64,000 nucleotides of DNA. Source: Magallana gigas. Lineage: Eukaryota. Below are positions 1-12,903 of this stretch, piece after piece. Position 1 is the stretch's first letter, and each line of letters begins with the position of its first letter. A program made the position numbers and the translations under genes. The notes below the pieces were generated by a model. That model ran no database searches. It worked only from the letters and a program-made list of their open reading frames with translations, and was not told where the DNA came from. The stretch is from the NCBI RefSeq assembly GCF_963853765.1, contig NC_088857.1, forward strand, positions 20,336,001-20,400,000, written 5' to 3'.

Positions 1-59
1 TAACAATTTTGGGTGTGAGCTTGTACTCAAGATAGTTTGAACCTTGGGTCTGATCTAGA

Positions 60-1790
60 CTAGTTTCCAAGGCTTCGGTAATCAAGGTACGCTTATACTG
101 TGAACACTTTTCACTAGGCTAGGGAACCTTAATCGGTGAACAGTATTTACTGGGCTAGGGACGCCTAATAAAGTGTAGTTTCCGATGCCTTCCGAGTGTG
201 CAAACACATCGGAAGGCTTCGAAAACCAGGGTATACTTGATCCGTAAACACTACTCACTAGGCTGGGGACATTCTGATCGGTGAATACTACTCACTGGGC
301 TAAATACGCTTGAATATAAAATAGCTCCCGATGCCTTCCGATTGTACAAGCACTTCGGAAGGCTTCGGGAACAAGGGTACTCTTGGTCGGTGAACACTAC
401 TCACTAAGCTAGGGACTCCCAATCTAATCTGGTTCCCGATGCCTTCCGAGTGTGCAAACACATCGGAAAGCTTCGGAAACCAGGGTATACTTGATCAGTA
501 AACACTACTCACTAGGCTGAGGACATTCTGATAGGTAAACACTACTCACTGGCCTAAATACGCCTGCATATAGCATAACTCCCGAGACCTTCCGGATGTG
601 CAAGCACTTCGGAAGGCTTCGGGAACAAGGGTACTTTTGGTCGGTGAACATTACTCACTAGGCTAGGGACACCCAATCTAATCTGGTTCCCGATGCCTTC
701 CGAAAGTGCAAACACATCGGAAGGCTTCGGAAACCAGGGTATACTTGATCAGTAAACACTACTCACTAGGCTGGAGACATTCTGATAGGTGAACACTACT
801 CAATGGGCTAAATACGCCTGAACATAGAATAGCTACCGAGGCATTCCTATTGTACAAGCACTTCGGAAGGCTTCGGGAACAAGGGTACTCTTGGTCGGTG
901 AACACTACTCACTAGGCTAGGAACACCCAATCTAATCTGGTTCCCGATGCCTTCCGAGTGTGCAAACACATCGGAAGGCTTCGGAAACCATGGTATACCT
1001 GATCAGTAAACTACTCACTTGGCTGGGGACATTCTGATAGGTAAACACTACTCACTGGGCTAAAAACGCCTGAACATAGAATAGCTATCGAGGCCTTCCG
1101 GATGTGCAAGCACTTCGGAATGCTTTGGGAACAAGGGTACTCTTGGTCGGTGAACACTACTCACTAGGCTAGGAACACCCAATCTAATCTGGTTCCCGAT
1201 GCCTTCCGAGTGTGCAAACACATCGGAAGGCTTCGGAAACCAGGGTATACTTGATCAGTAAACACTACTCACTTGGCTGGGGACATTCTGATCGGTGAAC
1301 ACTACTCACTGGGCTAAATACGCCTGCATATAGCATAACTCCCGAGGCCTTCCGGATGTGCAAGCTCTTCGGAATGCTTCGGGAACAAGGGTACTCTTGG
1401 TCGGTGAACACTACTCACTAGGCTAAGGCACCCAATCTTATCTGGTTCCCGATGCCTTCCGAGTGTGCAAACACATCAGAAGGCTTCGGAAACCATGGTA
1501 TACCTGATCAGTAAACACTACTCACTTGGCTGGGGACATTCTGATCGGTGAACACTACTCACTGGCCTAAATACGCCTGCATATAGCATAACTCCCGAGG
1601 CCTTCCGGATGTGCAAGCTCTTCGGAATGCTTTGGGAACAAGGGTACTCTTGGTCGGTGAACACTACTCACTAGGCTAAGGCACCCAATCTTATCTGGTT
1701 CCCGATGCCTTCCGATGGTGCAAACACTTCGGAAGGCTTCGGGTAACAAGGTACGCTTGATATGTGAACACTTCTCACTAGTCTAGGGCA
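60..1790. repeat. Tandem satellite, ~254-bp unit, ~6.5 copies, two palindromic hairpins per unit
   Basis: The anchor AATCT(A/T)ATCTGG recurs at 421, 675, 929, 1181, 1434 and 1687 (periods 254, 254, 252, 253, 253). Each unit is hairpin A (GCCTTCCGA-G-TGTG-CAAA-CACA-TCGGAAGGC), two GT(A/G)AACACTACTCACT motifs, hairpin B (GCCTTCCGGATGTGCAAGCACTTCGGAAGGC) and one more motif. Both array edges are degenerate. Confidence 0.95.
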
Positions 1791-2521
1791 CATCGATTAG
1801 TGCACTCATAGCACATTGATTTTCAACGCCTGGATTGCTGGATTTTTGTTTATTATTCGCATATTTTTTTCCTATTCTTTCGCTTTCATAAACCATAGTT
1901 TGAAGTTCGGTTAATAAGAGAAATCGATGTAAACGATCTTTTGGGTACTGTAGAAAGTGCTAGATATTTTAAAATTTTACTATTAAAATTGTATCAGGAT
2001 GAGGTGTATACAAAAGAGAATGATTTCTGACTTACATTGTGTAGAAAAAAGTAGATTTATTGATCACTTCAGATAACATCTTATTCTTTCACTGGTTATG
2101 AAAAGTATTTTGTAGTTATAGGGTCTTCTGTGAATGCAATTCATCTTTAATTCTTTTACATCGTCGCGGGAACTTTTGATAAAAACAAGACCAACCTTGG
2201 ATATCTCGCGATGGTATTATATAATATCCAGACTTGGTTTCTAAATGATTTACCTTAGGCTACCGAAAGTCATTCACTAGGAGGTTAGCAGGCATCGCCA
2301 ATTGTTGAAATTATTTGACATTTTTATAGAGAAATTGAAAACGTCTGATATGGATGCAATATAATGAGCTAATCTGTCTGTGGCAGTTTCTAATAAGGCA
2401 ACCTACATGTATTTTTATACGCAATTCTGCTCTCTGAAAGGTCATAAAGTGAAAATATTAACAATGTAAACCTGTACCAATGCAAACTCTTAATTGTTCC
2501 CAGTTCTGCTTTGCTGACCAG

Positions 2522-3990
2522 CAGGCATGTTCACGAAGCTATCTTAGGACCAAGGTGCGTCCTAAATACATCTTAGGATACGTCTTAATCTTAAGTCTGT
2601 TTCTCAAAGCTCGAGGATCCTTAATTTAGGAAACGTCATAACTTTGTCTTAACTTAAGGACATCACTTACCTTTTCCTAAGACCATCCTTAGGCTTTGTA
2701 ATAACGTTTTTGGGGATATTGGGGCTGTTGTGAAGCTTTTTCCTAAGACCGATATAATAATTAAAGCAATATTAATATTTTCTACAGTTCCAGTATTTCC
2801 AACAAAAACCCAATTCCTAATCCTGGAGAGGGGGGGGGGGGGGCGGCATAGTCATTTATTCTATCATGTACGTTCATTTTGTCAATATAAATTGGAGGGA
2901 CCCTGAACCCCCCCCCCCCCCCAACTTCCCCGTTGCTACATGCTTGCCTGGGAGCTAACAAATTAAGCACCCCCCCCCCCCCCCCCCAATACTGTCTCTG
3001 TTTGACAAATGGAAATTGTTCACTTGTTTTTAATATATACAATGTACACTAAGTAAGTTACATTCATTGTTTTGATTACTTCTGGATATGATTATTCAAA
3101 TTTCCTTGGCTAAAAAGCAAAACATCGGTTTATATAAGACAGGCGGGATCATTCGAATTTTTCTCACTTCATTCTGAAAAAAAAAATAATCTTTGAATAA
3201 ACTGTATCTATGAATTTTATAGATATATTACAGCTTATTTCATCTTTACCATCGTGTATTCTATTATATAACAGATTAAAGGGAAATTGGTTGTGTTTCT
3301 ACATGTAACGTTATATTCTATGAAAAGCGCATGTTCATGTGTAACATATACTTGAATGACAAGATTATCAAATGTTAATTTACACTTAAAGAATGGAAAC
3401 GTGTTATTTAAATAATTATTTGCTTGTAAGCCAATTCTGTCCTGATACATATTTTAATCGAAAAAATCAGTAATTGGGATTTCTGGGTGTGCTGTTTAAT
3501 TTTTTAAAACTTTTTTATCTTATTTTCTTTTTGTTTGTTTGTTTGTTTTTGTAGGGTTTTTTGTGGTGGTTTTTTTTGTTTTTTATTTTTTTTTTTGGGG
3601 GGGGGGGGGGTATTTTTAACAATTGATAAGTTGTAATTGTTCACTGATATATAAGTTAATGTAAATTTTTAAAAATGTATACGTTAAAATTACTAGTTTT
3701 TAGCCTATTGTGATACATATAACTACCGCCACGTACAATTTCTGTGGCAACATGTTTGATGATTTATCCCTGCACAAGTCTCTCAAATTCGATTATTATG
3801 AATAAATGTGAAAAATAAGAATGGTTGTAGAAGGTTAGGATATCCTAACTTAATATGTTCCTAAGTTACAAAATGTACGTGTCCTAAGTTGATCTTAGAA
3901 TGTTCCTAACTTTTTTACTTTTTTTTTTATAAGTCATATCTTAGGAACACACTTAGGTAATATCTTAGGAAACTTTCGTGAACATGCCTG
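2522..3990. mobile_element. Non-autonomous TIR DNA transposon, PIF/Harbinger-like
   Basis: TIRs CAGGCATGTTCACGAA(G) at 2522 and TTCGTGAACATGCCTG ending at 3990. A 3-bp direct repeat CAG flanks both ends (2519-2521, 3991-3993). Subterminal CTTAGGA/TCCTAAG motifs cluster at both ends. No transposase ORF. Confidence 0.7.
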
Positions 3991-5766
3991 CAGGTACACG
4001 TGTGTGGTACCCTGAGAAAAATTTTGCCGGTACAATACACAAGCGGGAATTATCTCTCTTTGCGAGTTAAAGACGTCGAGTCTACAGTTACTATTATAGT
4101 TAGATTTCTGAGTTACGACTCATCTTAAATTTTGATTTTTTAGCACGTAATAATTATTTTTATATTAGGGAATTCTTTTTCTAAAAGCAGGTTTTTCCTA
4201 CCTATACTGTAATATTTTTCTCGATAATTTGATATTGCTATTTAGATCGGGGTCGGAGTTTGTCTAGTCATCTGACAGCAGTTAGCGGGACTGTCTAACG
4301 ATGCTATGAACTTGTAGCAGTGTGTTTTGATGTGGAAAGAACTATCGGAATCCATTTTGATCTGGCTACTGTGTGAAGGTACGAGATGGCTATAATGAAC
4401 ACTTCAGTGGTGTTTTTGTAAGTTGTCCTTTTTGAATATATTAACTTATTTATTCTTGACCGAACTGCTGTATGTAGTCCACATAGCATGTGACATTTTG
4501 TTAATATATGCAGTTTGCATTGTGTCATTTGGCGCAATAATTCGCCATGTTTAAAATCAACGACAACGTATCTAAATTTTAATTCCCCAAGATGTCCTGT
4601 TACTTTTACATTTTCTAAAATCAAAGTACTGAAAGTATTTAACAGTCTATACACTATCCCAAGATATTTTTGCTGCAGGTCTGTCTAGTCTGTAGCTCTG
4701 TGTATGAAAAAATTCGAATGGATGACCTTATAGCTACAGTTCCTTATGTGTGAAAAAGTTGCAATTTACACACAAAAACTTGTTTATGCTAGTTTTGGAC
4801 AATGTTCATTCAATAGTACAAAAAAATCTCAACACTCCTCTTTTGAAATGCCCCCTTGTCAGGTTTCAATACACAGCTAAAAATAAAGTCTATGGAGGCC
4901 TTGGATTGCAAACGACCTGAAAGTACCATGGATGATTTCCAATTACAAGTTTCTAAGAAATAATGTATCCGCTCTTGTAAGTTTCTTCAGGTGAAAAACA
5001 TCTGTACATCTTATATATAGCATATATATATCATAGATGAGCAATTTTACGAAATAAATTTTAGTTAGATTGATATGTAGCCGAAAACCAATTATATGTG
5101 AAGTAGCCCTAGTGTATCTATGTTGAGTTTCATGTGCATTAATTGATATTGTGCCCAAAATATACGTGTTATCTTTAATGGTCATTAAAACATGGATTCA
5201 TAAGAAAACAGTTTATATAGCAATGATTTTCACTGAAATTTTCAGATACTTTTCTTTTATTTGTATTGTTTAGAATTCTCAATAAACTAAAGGTTTTAAT
5301 CAACCAAATGTGGATTGTTAGTTATCAAGTTACTATTTTTAGGGTTATAGAAACTTTTTCTACATTGGTCATTACCCACATATCCTGAAGAAATTTTAAT
5401 TTCAAGGAAAAACATTTTAATTTTCAATCAGGGTATTTAGATCCCTTTCTGAATGTTTTAATCATTCATAACCTTTCCCCATTACTATATAGAAAGATAA
5501 ATCTTTGATTTCTGTCATGATCCTAGTGTGCAACACTTGCCAGATTTCAAGCTTTTTTAGTGAAGTTCATGGATTTGTTAAAAACTGGGAGGATTTCCAA
5601 CTTATTAAGCCCAAGCTGTTGCTTCAAAAGGTTTATCTGAGGACAATGCATTGAAATGACCCATAGAAATGCTTTTGTTCAGGGGAAAAAAGTAAAAATC
5701 AGATGCTTTTTATTAATGCAGCAAAATGTTTTATATACTGATAAGCTGTTTTTATTTTTGTAGAAC

Positions 5767-8700
5767 ATGGTTGTGAAAAATATGCACAGACCCTTTGCTT
5801 TACTGTTGTTGGATGTTGCTATCCTGTGCAGGGTTTTCGTTGCAACAACCAGACCAAATATTATTCTCATTGTTGCTGATGATTTGGTAAGAGGATTATT
5901 TTTATGCATTTTGTTGATAAACACATGGTCATGTAGTAGATATGTATTCAATATTGAGTTTTCAGAATAGTCATTGTGATGGAATGATTTTAAATTTTTT
6001 GTGTCATATAATTACTACTATCGCAACTTGTCAGGCTTTTCTGGCAGGCTCGGAAAAACACCTCAAATGTATTAACATTACTGGATGTTAGAATTTTATA
6101 CAAAATGGAGTCGCTTCCTATCAAAATAAGTATCAGCTAGACAGCCTTATAAGTCGCTTCTGTGTTATATTTTAGGAAATATCATTTACTTTAATGAAGT
6201 CTAGCTTACATCTCAACAGATCGTAAAATGTGTTGTATTTAATATATCAGGTTTTTTAAAAAGGGGGGTTGTCATGGACGCCTAGGTAATACATTCGAGG
6301 TGTTTTTCCAAGCCTGTCGGAAAGGGCCGAGAAGTTGCGATTGATAATAACTATTTTAAGTTGTCAAAACAGTAATATTGTCATGTATTCTGTTTCATTG
6401 TTTGATATTCTATTCAGTAGTAGCCTTAATGAAATACATTCAAAACATGATATGCATTAATAGTATGTAGAAATACATGTACTACAAGTTTCTAAGAAGT
6501 AGTTTATATCTTAAATCCTGATTAGGAAATGCACAAGTACCACTAAATATCATAGTAGTAGGTACCGTATGTTGTTCTGATTAGGGTTACAATGATGTGA
6601 GCTTTCATGGATCCGCCCAAATCCCAACCCCCAACATAGACAGTCTAGCCTATGGAGGGATTATTCTCAACAACTACTATGTGTCCCCTATTTGTACCCC
6701 AACTCGTGGGGCCCTCATGACAGGCAGACATCCTATACAGACAGGTAAGTGTGTCCATTTCAAAATCAAAATTTGAATAATTATGTTTTTATTATAAGTA
6801 TTAATTTTCAAATATCCAGTCATGCAGTGAACTGAACAGGAATTTATTTTAAATAAGTTGCAGAATATAACCATTTTTGCTACTTTAAACAATTAATTTG
6901 TATTTACATCTACCGAGTATGATTCCCTCGAAACCTATACAGCAACTGAAACTGACAAGACTTAAATATACACACCCTGTTTATCAATTGGTCGAAACTT
7001 ATAGCGACCTTAGAAATATCATGGATTGCATAAAATAATTATGTTGATGTCAGATTCAAATTCTCATAGGAGACAATTTGACTGTTTCAGTTAGCTAACG
7101 TACTGATGTACATTAACTGTATTTAAGTTAATTTAACTTATTTTAATTAATTTGTTAAAGAAAGATGTAAAACATTTTCTTTGTAAATATAAGCTATAAA
7201 ATGCTTTCTTTGATGATTCTTGTGGGTTTTGAAGGTAGCAATCATTGCAGAAAAAACTTACATATGACCCACTTTGCGGGTTATGTCTTTTTACTACAAT
7301 GTCGCCACCTTCATATCCCACATAAATCACCAAAGAGAGCATTTTATTGTTTAAATATCTGGATTTTTCTGTAGTACTGTAATTCTCTAAATTGACTTTA
7401 AATCTTCCTTTCAAATGCACTTGTATATGCAGTTGCATTGTACCAATATTTTTTTTTTCATTCAGGTCTCCAGTCTGGAGTGATAGTGGCTTCTCAGCCC
7501 TATGGACTGCCACTGAATGAGACCATCATGCCTCAGTTCTTCCAGAAACTGGGCTACAGGAGACATATGGTGGGCAAGGTAGGCCTGCTAACAAAGGAAT
7601 TCAAATGATGCAATAATCAGCATTAAGGGTGCTGGTTTTTTAAAGCAGTTCTTAAACTTTCCTTTCTTCAGTGGCACCTTGGATTCCACAAGAAGGAGTT
7701 TACCCCAATGTACAGAGGCTTTGAGACTCACTATGGATATTATCTGGGCTGTGGAGATTACTATGATCACACCTCAGAAGCCAATGAGGTAAACATAATA
7801 TATTATTATACTTTCATGTTAAATACTGAATTCTGATTGGTAAAGACGCAGTTGATAATTCGTTCTATTACCCTAAGCGTTAGCAACAAACTTGGCAACG
7901 GGTAACACATCGAATTGTTACATGCGCGTAAATCATGCGTGTACAGTTCCCCATAGAATTCACCTCATTCCTATATAAAACCAGTGAAGTTTTCTTTTAA
8001 AAAAAGACATTCGGTATAATAAAATAAAAAGTGCCCGTTTGGGAGGGTAAGAGTTAAAATTGACACCCCTAGAATACCATTGTCAACCTCCACTTCGCGT
8101 CGGTTGACAATGGTTTTCTCGGGGTGTCAATTTCAACTATTACCCTCCCAAACAGGCACTATTTATATATTGTCAGTCTGTCAATGTGTATTACCTCGAT
8201 ACTGGTATTTTAAAAATAAAGTAATTTTTATATTCATTTTAAAGATGAGTAATTGTTATGCTTTAAAAAGAAAAAGTCTTTTAGAAAAAAATGAATGATA
8301 AAATTCAGAAGAAGAGTTAAGACTCTATTAAAGTCAAAGAAGCAGTTAATTGTTATATCACAGATGAAGGTAAATGTATATGCAATGTTTGGAGTATGTC
8401 TTAATACATCATACAAGGTTGCTATCTTCATGCATGTACATAAAAAAAGTACATTGGAAGGAAAATACATCAGCTGTCTTCTGAATGCCTGTTCAAGAAT
8501 ACTTATATAAATCAAGTATTGTATCTTGTATTTTATAGGAATATTTTGGGTTTGACTTTATGAGAAACACTACCGTGGACTTTACAGGAATTGGCCAGTA
8601 CTCAACAGAACTGTTTAGACAAGAAGCAAACACTATCATACAGAAACATAACACATCAGAGGTATGAATGGACCTACATGCAAGAAATGATTGTGTATAC

Positions 8701-10498
8701 ACCCTGGCAGTATTGATTATTGTTTTGTTATAATGTGTTCTAAGTACTGTGGTTTCATTAATTTTCGTGGGTATCAAATTTCGTGGATTTTCGGAAAACC
8801 ACAGTTTCAAGGATACGTAATTTCGTGGCCAATGATCCTATCAATACAAAATGTTAGTTGAAATTGAACTTCAGTGAACATTTAATTTCGTGGATCAACA
8901 TAACAAAGAAATCCACGAAAATTGGTATTCAACGAATATTGATGAAACCACAGTATTTATTATAAGTTGTCTATGCACTTGTTCTACTTTTAGCCCCTGT
9001 TTCTGTACCTGCCTTTCCAAGCTGTTCACAGTGGCAACCTTCCTAGTGGAAAGAGTCTTCAAGCACCAACAAAATACATCAAAAGATTCCCTCATATAAA
9101 AAATACAGAGAGAAAGACATATGCAGGTAAACAACATTCATCATGAAAGGTTGATGGGGGATTTTGTTTTGAGGGGGATTGGAGAGGGGGAGTACATAAA
9201 GAGACAAATCAATATAGTACGTGTTTAGCTTAGAAGGTATAAAGGCCTAGAACAAATTCTTTTGTTGACTATACATGTGTATGTGTAATATTTAGATAGC
9301 ACCAAAGAAAATAATGCTTCACAGACTTTTCTTTATACTTTCAGCAATGGTGTCTGCTTTAGATGATGCTGTTGGATCAATTGTGCAAACACTGAAAGAC
9401 AAAAACATGTATAGCAATTCTATAATTGTCTTTACAACAGACAATGGGGGACCTGCTAATGGATTTGATGGCAATGCGGCCAGCAATTTTCCTCTGAGGT
9501 AAAGCATGCACTTTGTAATTTAACTAAAAATGCATGCATATTTGAAAAGGATATTTGGTGAAAATATTCATAGTTTTTGAAAAGGAGAAAATAAAATGTA
9601 CATGCTTTTGCTATTTTTCTCAATATTGATACAAGATTTACTACAGCCTAATAACTACCCTTGTTAAGACTTTTAATTTCTTTTAACTTGGTTCTTTGCA
9701 TTTCAAAAAAACTCATTCTACAAACAATTACTGTGTTGAGTTTGAATATGTGTTGTTCTCTACCATAATTTGTATTTAAAATCGTAATATTTTCTCTGTA
9801 GAGGAGTTAAAGCCACACTGTGGGAAGGGGGAGTTAGAGGAGTTGGCTTCCTTTCCAGTCCTTTACTCCAGACCAAAGGCTACGTATCCAATCAGATGAT
9901 CCACGTCACCGACTGGCTACCTACCCTCTACACAGCTGCTGGTGGTAAGGCATCAGATCTTCACAATCTGTATGGCATTGATCAGTGGGGGGTGCTGCAG
10001 ACCAATGGCAAGCCGGTCAGGACTGAAATTCTCCACAACATTGACCCAATGGACAAAACTGAAGCTATCAGAGTTGGAGATTACAAACTATTACACGGAC
10101 CTATTACTGGATATTGGGATGGCTGGTATCCCCCATATCAATTGTCTGAAAAATTGAGTTATGACAAAATGCAGATGAGTGTATATAAACACACCAACAG
10201 GAGTGAACTAGGTATTTTACAGGAAACTGGCAAACCAGTGACAATACAATGCGGTCCTAAGCCTGCCAATGCCAGCACAAATTGTCAAGCCAATAAAGTG
10301 CCATGTTTGTACCATATTCCATCGGATCCTTGTGAGTACAATAACATAGCAAGCAGCCATATGGATATTGTAACAAAACTGTTGGCTAAAATTGTGGAGT
10401 ACAAGAGCACAATGATGGTACCCCCTGGAAATAAACCATTTGACCCAGCTGGAAATCCACGAGTCAATGGAGGCATATGGAGGCCATGGCTGGACTAA
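5767..10498 (+). CDS. ARSB: Arylsulfatase, ARSB/ARSI/ARSJ family, 8 coding exons, 538 aa
   Basis: Exons 5767-5886, 6585-6744, 7466-7578, 7672-7788, 8539-8661, 8994-9126, 9345-9498, 9802-10498. All are GT-AG and phase-consistent (1617 nt). Motifs: hydrophobic N-terminus, [12 protein letters not shown], formylglycine motif [54 protein letters not shown]. Exact paralog (ARSB vs I/J) cannot be resolved by eye. Confidence 0.93.
7801..8170. mobile_element. Intronic non-autonomous element with long internal fold-back (Crypton-like, tentative)
   Basis: 59-bp inverted arms at 8030-8088 and 8102-8160 (5 mismatches) around the loop TCCACTTCGCGTC, preceded by a TTATTATACT...ATTCTGATTGG segment. Family assignment is from memory and the boundaries are approximate. 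Confidence 0.5.
8745..8955. mobile_element. Tc1/mariner-type MITE (TA-CTGTGG...CCACAG-TA), family 1 copy 1
   Basis: TIR TACTGTGGTTTCAT/ATGAAACCACAGTA with TA duplication. Clearly homologous to 15767-15984. Confidence 0.8.
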
Positions 10499-12903
10499 CT
10501 GACAGGCATGCCCACTTAAGAGGGGTTTTTTTAGCATAGAAGATATATTTTTGTATGCTTTTTTTTTTTAAAACATATACATTCCTAGATCAACTATTTC
10601 AATGCAGCTTTAAGCAATAGTAATTTCACAGTAGATTCTGAAACTGTAGAATGCAGATTCAGAAACAAATTTTGATCAAAGGTCTGGCTAATTCAATTGT
10701 TTGGAATCTATCAGTTCTTAAAATAGGTAATAGAATGACTGACCAATTTTTGGTAGCCATATGAACTTAAATTCAAAAATCAAAAGTGTTTGACTGAAAT
10801 TTTCGTTCCATGACTTTCATCAAATGTCATTCACAGGTTAGCCTTGTCAAGCTGATGATCTTTATTTATTGAATTTTTATTACAGAGAGTCAGAGATCAG
10901 TAGTTACATTGTTACTGTAAACTCATAATTAAACAATTATTTAATGTATCCACCTAAAATCTTGAGAAGTATTTCTCACATTTTTAAAAAATCTTGCAAG
11001 TTTGGCGATTGCGATTTCATTTTCTAGCACTAAGGAATCTACCGTTAACCTTATCAGATATTATCAGACCAATACCTCAAAAGCCTTATGTCACATACCA
11101 GTCACAATTTCCTAATTGTTTCTGATTTTCAGAATAAAAATCAGCAGGTTTACAGGTGTTCAAATATCATCACAAACCAAAATGATGTTAGGTAGCATAT
11201 CAGTTTATATATATGCTTAATACAAGTTTGACTGTATATGCATGAAATATCAAGTTCATATTTGGATTGTTTACAATACAGGGATGGATTTATTCTGCTG
11301 GTACCAAATATCAGGCTGGTGCATATAATATATTGTTTGTCTTTCTTCTGTCCTTTACACTTTGAATTTCATAATGAAATGTTTAGCTCAGTTTCAAATA
11401 AATATATTCAAGATGGTTCACCTTGCTTTTGCAACCACTGGTAGCTTATTTTCATCAAAGACATTCAACTTAAGATTTTTACATTATCAAAGTTCAAATT
11501 TGAATAGTGCAATTTGTCTATGATTGTATAACAATATTCTGAACCTTCTCTAAGACCTTGATTCTATTTTCCTTTTTTATTTTTTTTTCATGTTTAGCCT
11601 AGTTTGTAACTTAAAGTTCAAGATTTTTAATTCAATTTTCAAACAAAAATACATAATGGTAAGATCAGTTCAACTGCATCATAATTTTCTGGCCTTAACC
11701 TTTTCTGTGAGGCCTTGACATTACTTATTTTGTCTTTACAGTATGATTTAAAATTAATATATAATTTAGTGTGACTATGCATTTCAATTTACACCAACAA
11801 TCAACCAATATCAATGTATAATTTTTTTTTACATTCTATTGTCTTTTTCAGTTTTCATCTTGTGTGTGCTGCTATTACATGTACTTAGATCAGGCATTTC
11901 CTGGTTAAATGTATAATGCAATGGCTTTATACCATTCTTTGTTGGTATCTTGCAAACTTTATTTGTTCTACTGGCATTTTACTTAAAGTTTTGTTTTTGT
12001 ATCTGTTGTTTTATTTTTGTTATATACGTATATATACTGTATATGATTCCTATACTGTTAGCTTGCTTGTTGATAGGGTTTGGGTTATACTTACATGTAG
12101 TTGTATTGCTTGCTTTCTTTGGACAATTTTTTGGTCAAGAATAATTTATACATTTATCAATTTGATCTGAAAAACTGCCTATGATATGTTCAATACATGT
12201 TGTGAATACATGTACTAAATCTTGGGTTTCTGACATATTTTGGTCTGGACACCAATTCACAATACAATGCTTCCCCATATTTGCTTTTATTTTTACAATC
12301 AAGTTCTAATATAAAAAAAAATGTATATATATGAAATTCACATATTATTAAGTACTGTAGAATGAAAAAATTACATTTGAACTTATAATATTTACTGCTT
12401 ACTTTTTTTCTATACTTTAATGGAATGAAGACCCTTACAGATTTTAAGTCAGAAAAAACCCTGATAAGTCTATGAATACTCAGATTTTATTTGTGGTTGA
12501 TGATATTTACTACATTTAGTCGACTGTGCCTTTCATTACAGACATATTTGAAACATAAAATTATGACAACCAATTTACAAGGATATAAAATGCATAGTAC
12601 ATTTTATGTTTGTTATTAGTGCAATATATTTTTTTTTTAATTATACATCTTGTAAACAACTAGTTAGATTGTATTCATTATACAGTGTACTTTAATTCAT
12701 ATTTTTGGTTATTTCAACAGAAAAAATTGTTTGTGTTAATTACTAAAGTGTTGGTTGGGAATTTTGCTCAAATTATTAAATTATAGATTGGTGTTCAAAT
12801 TCTTTATTATTTTTCATTTGAATAAAAACTGTTGGTCCTTCGGCATGTACTTACTGATACATGCATACTGAATTTTGTTATCCAAAAAATTAATAATTAA
12901 TCT

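Noticed and set aside
1567-1749. 60-aa ORF in the satellite
   Set aside because: The 254-bp period is not a multiple of 3 and frames break between monomers.
180-1760. CRISPR-like array (palindromic repeats separated by spacers)
   Set aside because: The intervening segments are themselves repeated rather than unique, the context is eukaryotic, and there are no cas genes.
180-1760. Hammerhead ribozyme or UUCG-tetraloop structured RNA in the satellite
   Set aside because: CTGATAG/CTGATCG does not match the CUGANGA core, and the CTTCGG motifs lack closing stems beyond one pair.
2782-3042. Gly-rich ORF and G-quadruplex-like G/C runs (also at 21554-21851 and 34435-34455)
   Set aside because: Homopolymer tracts of uncertain length inside repeats; no evidence of function.
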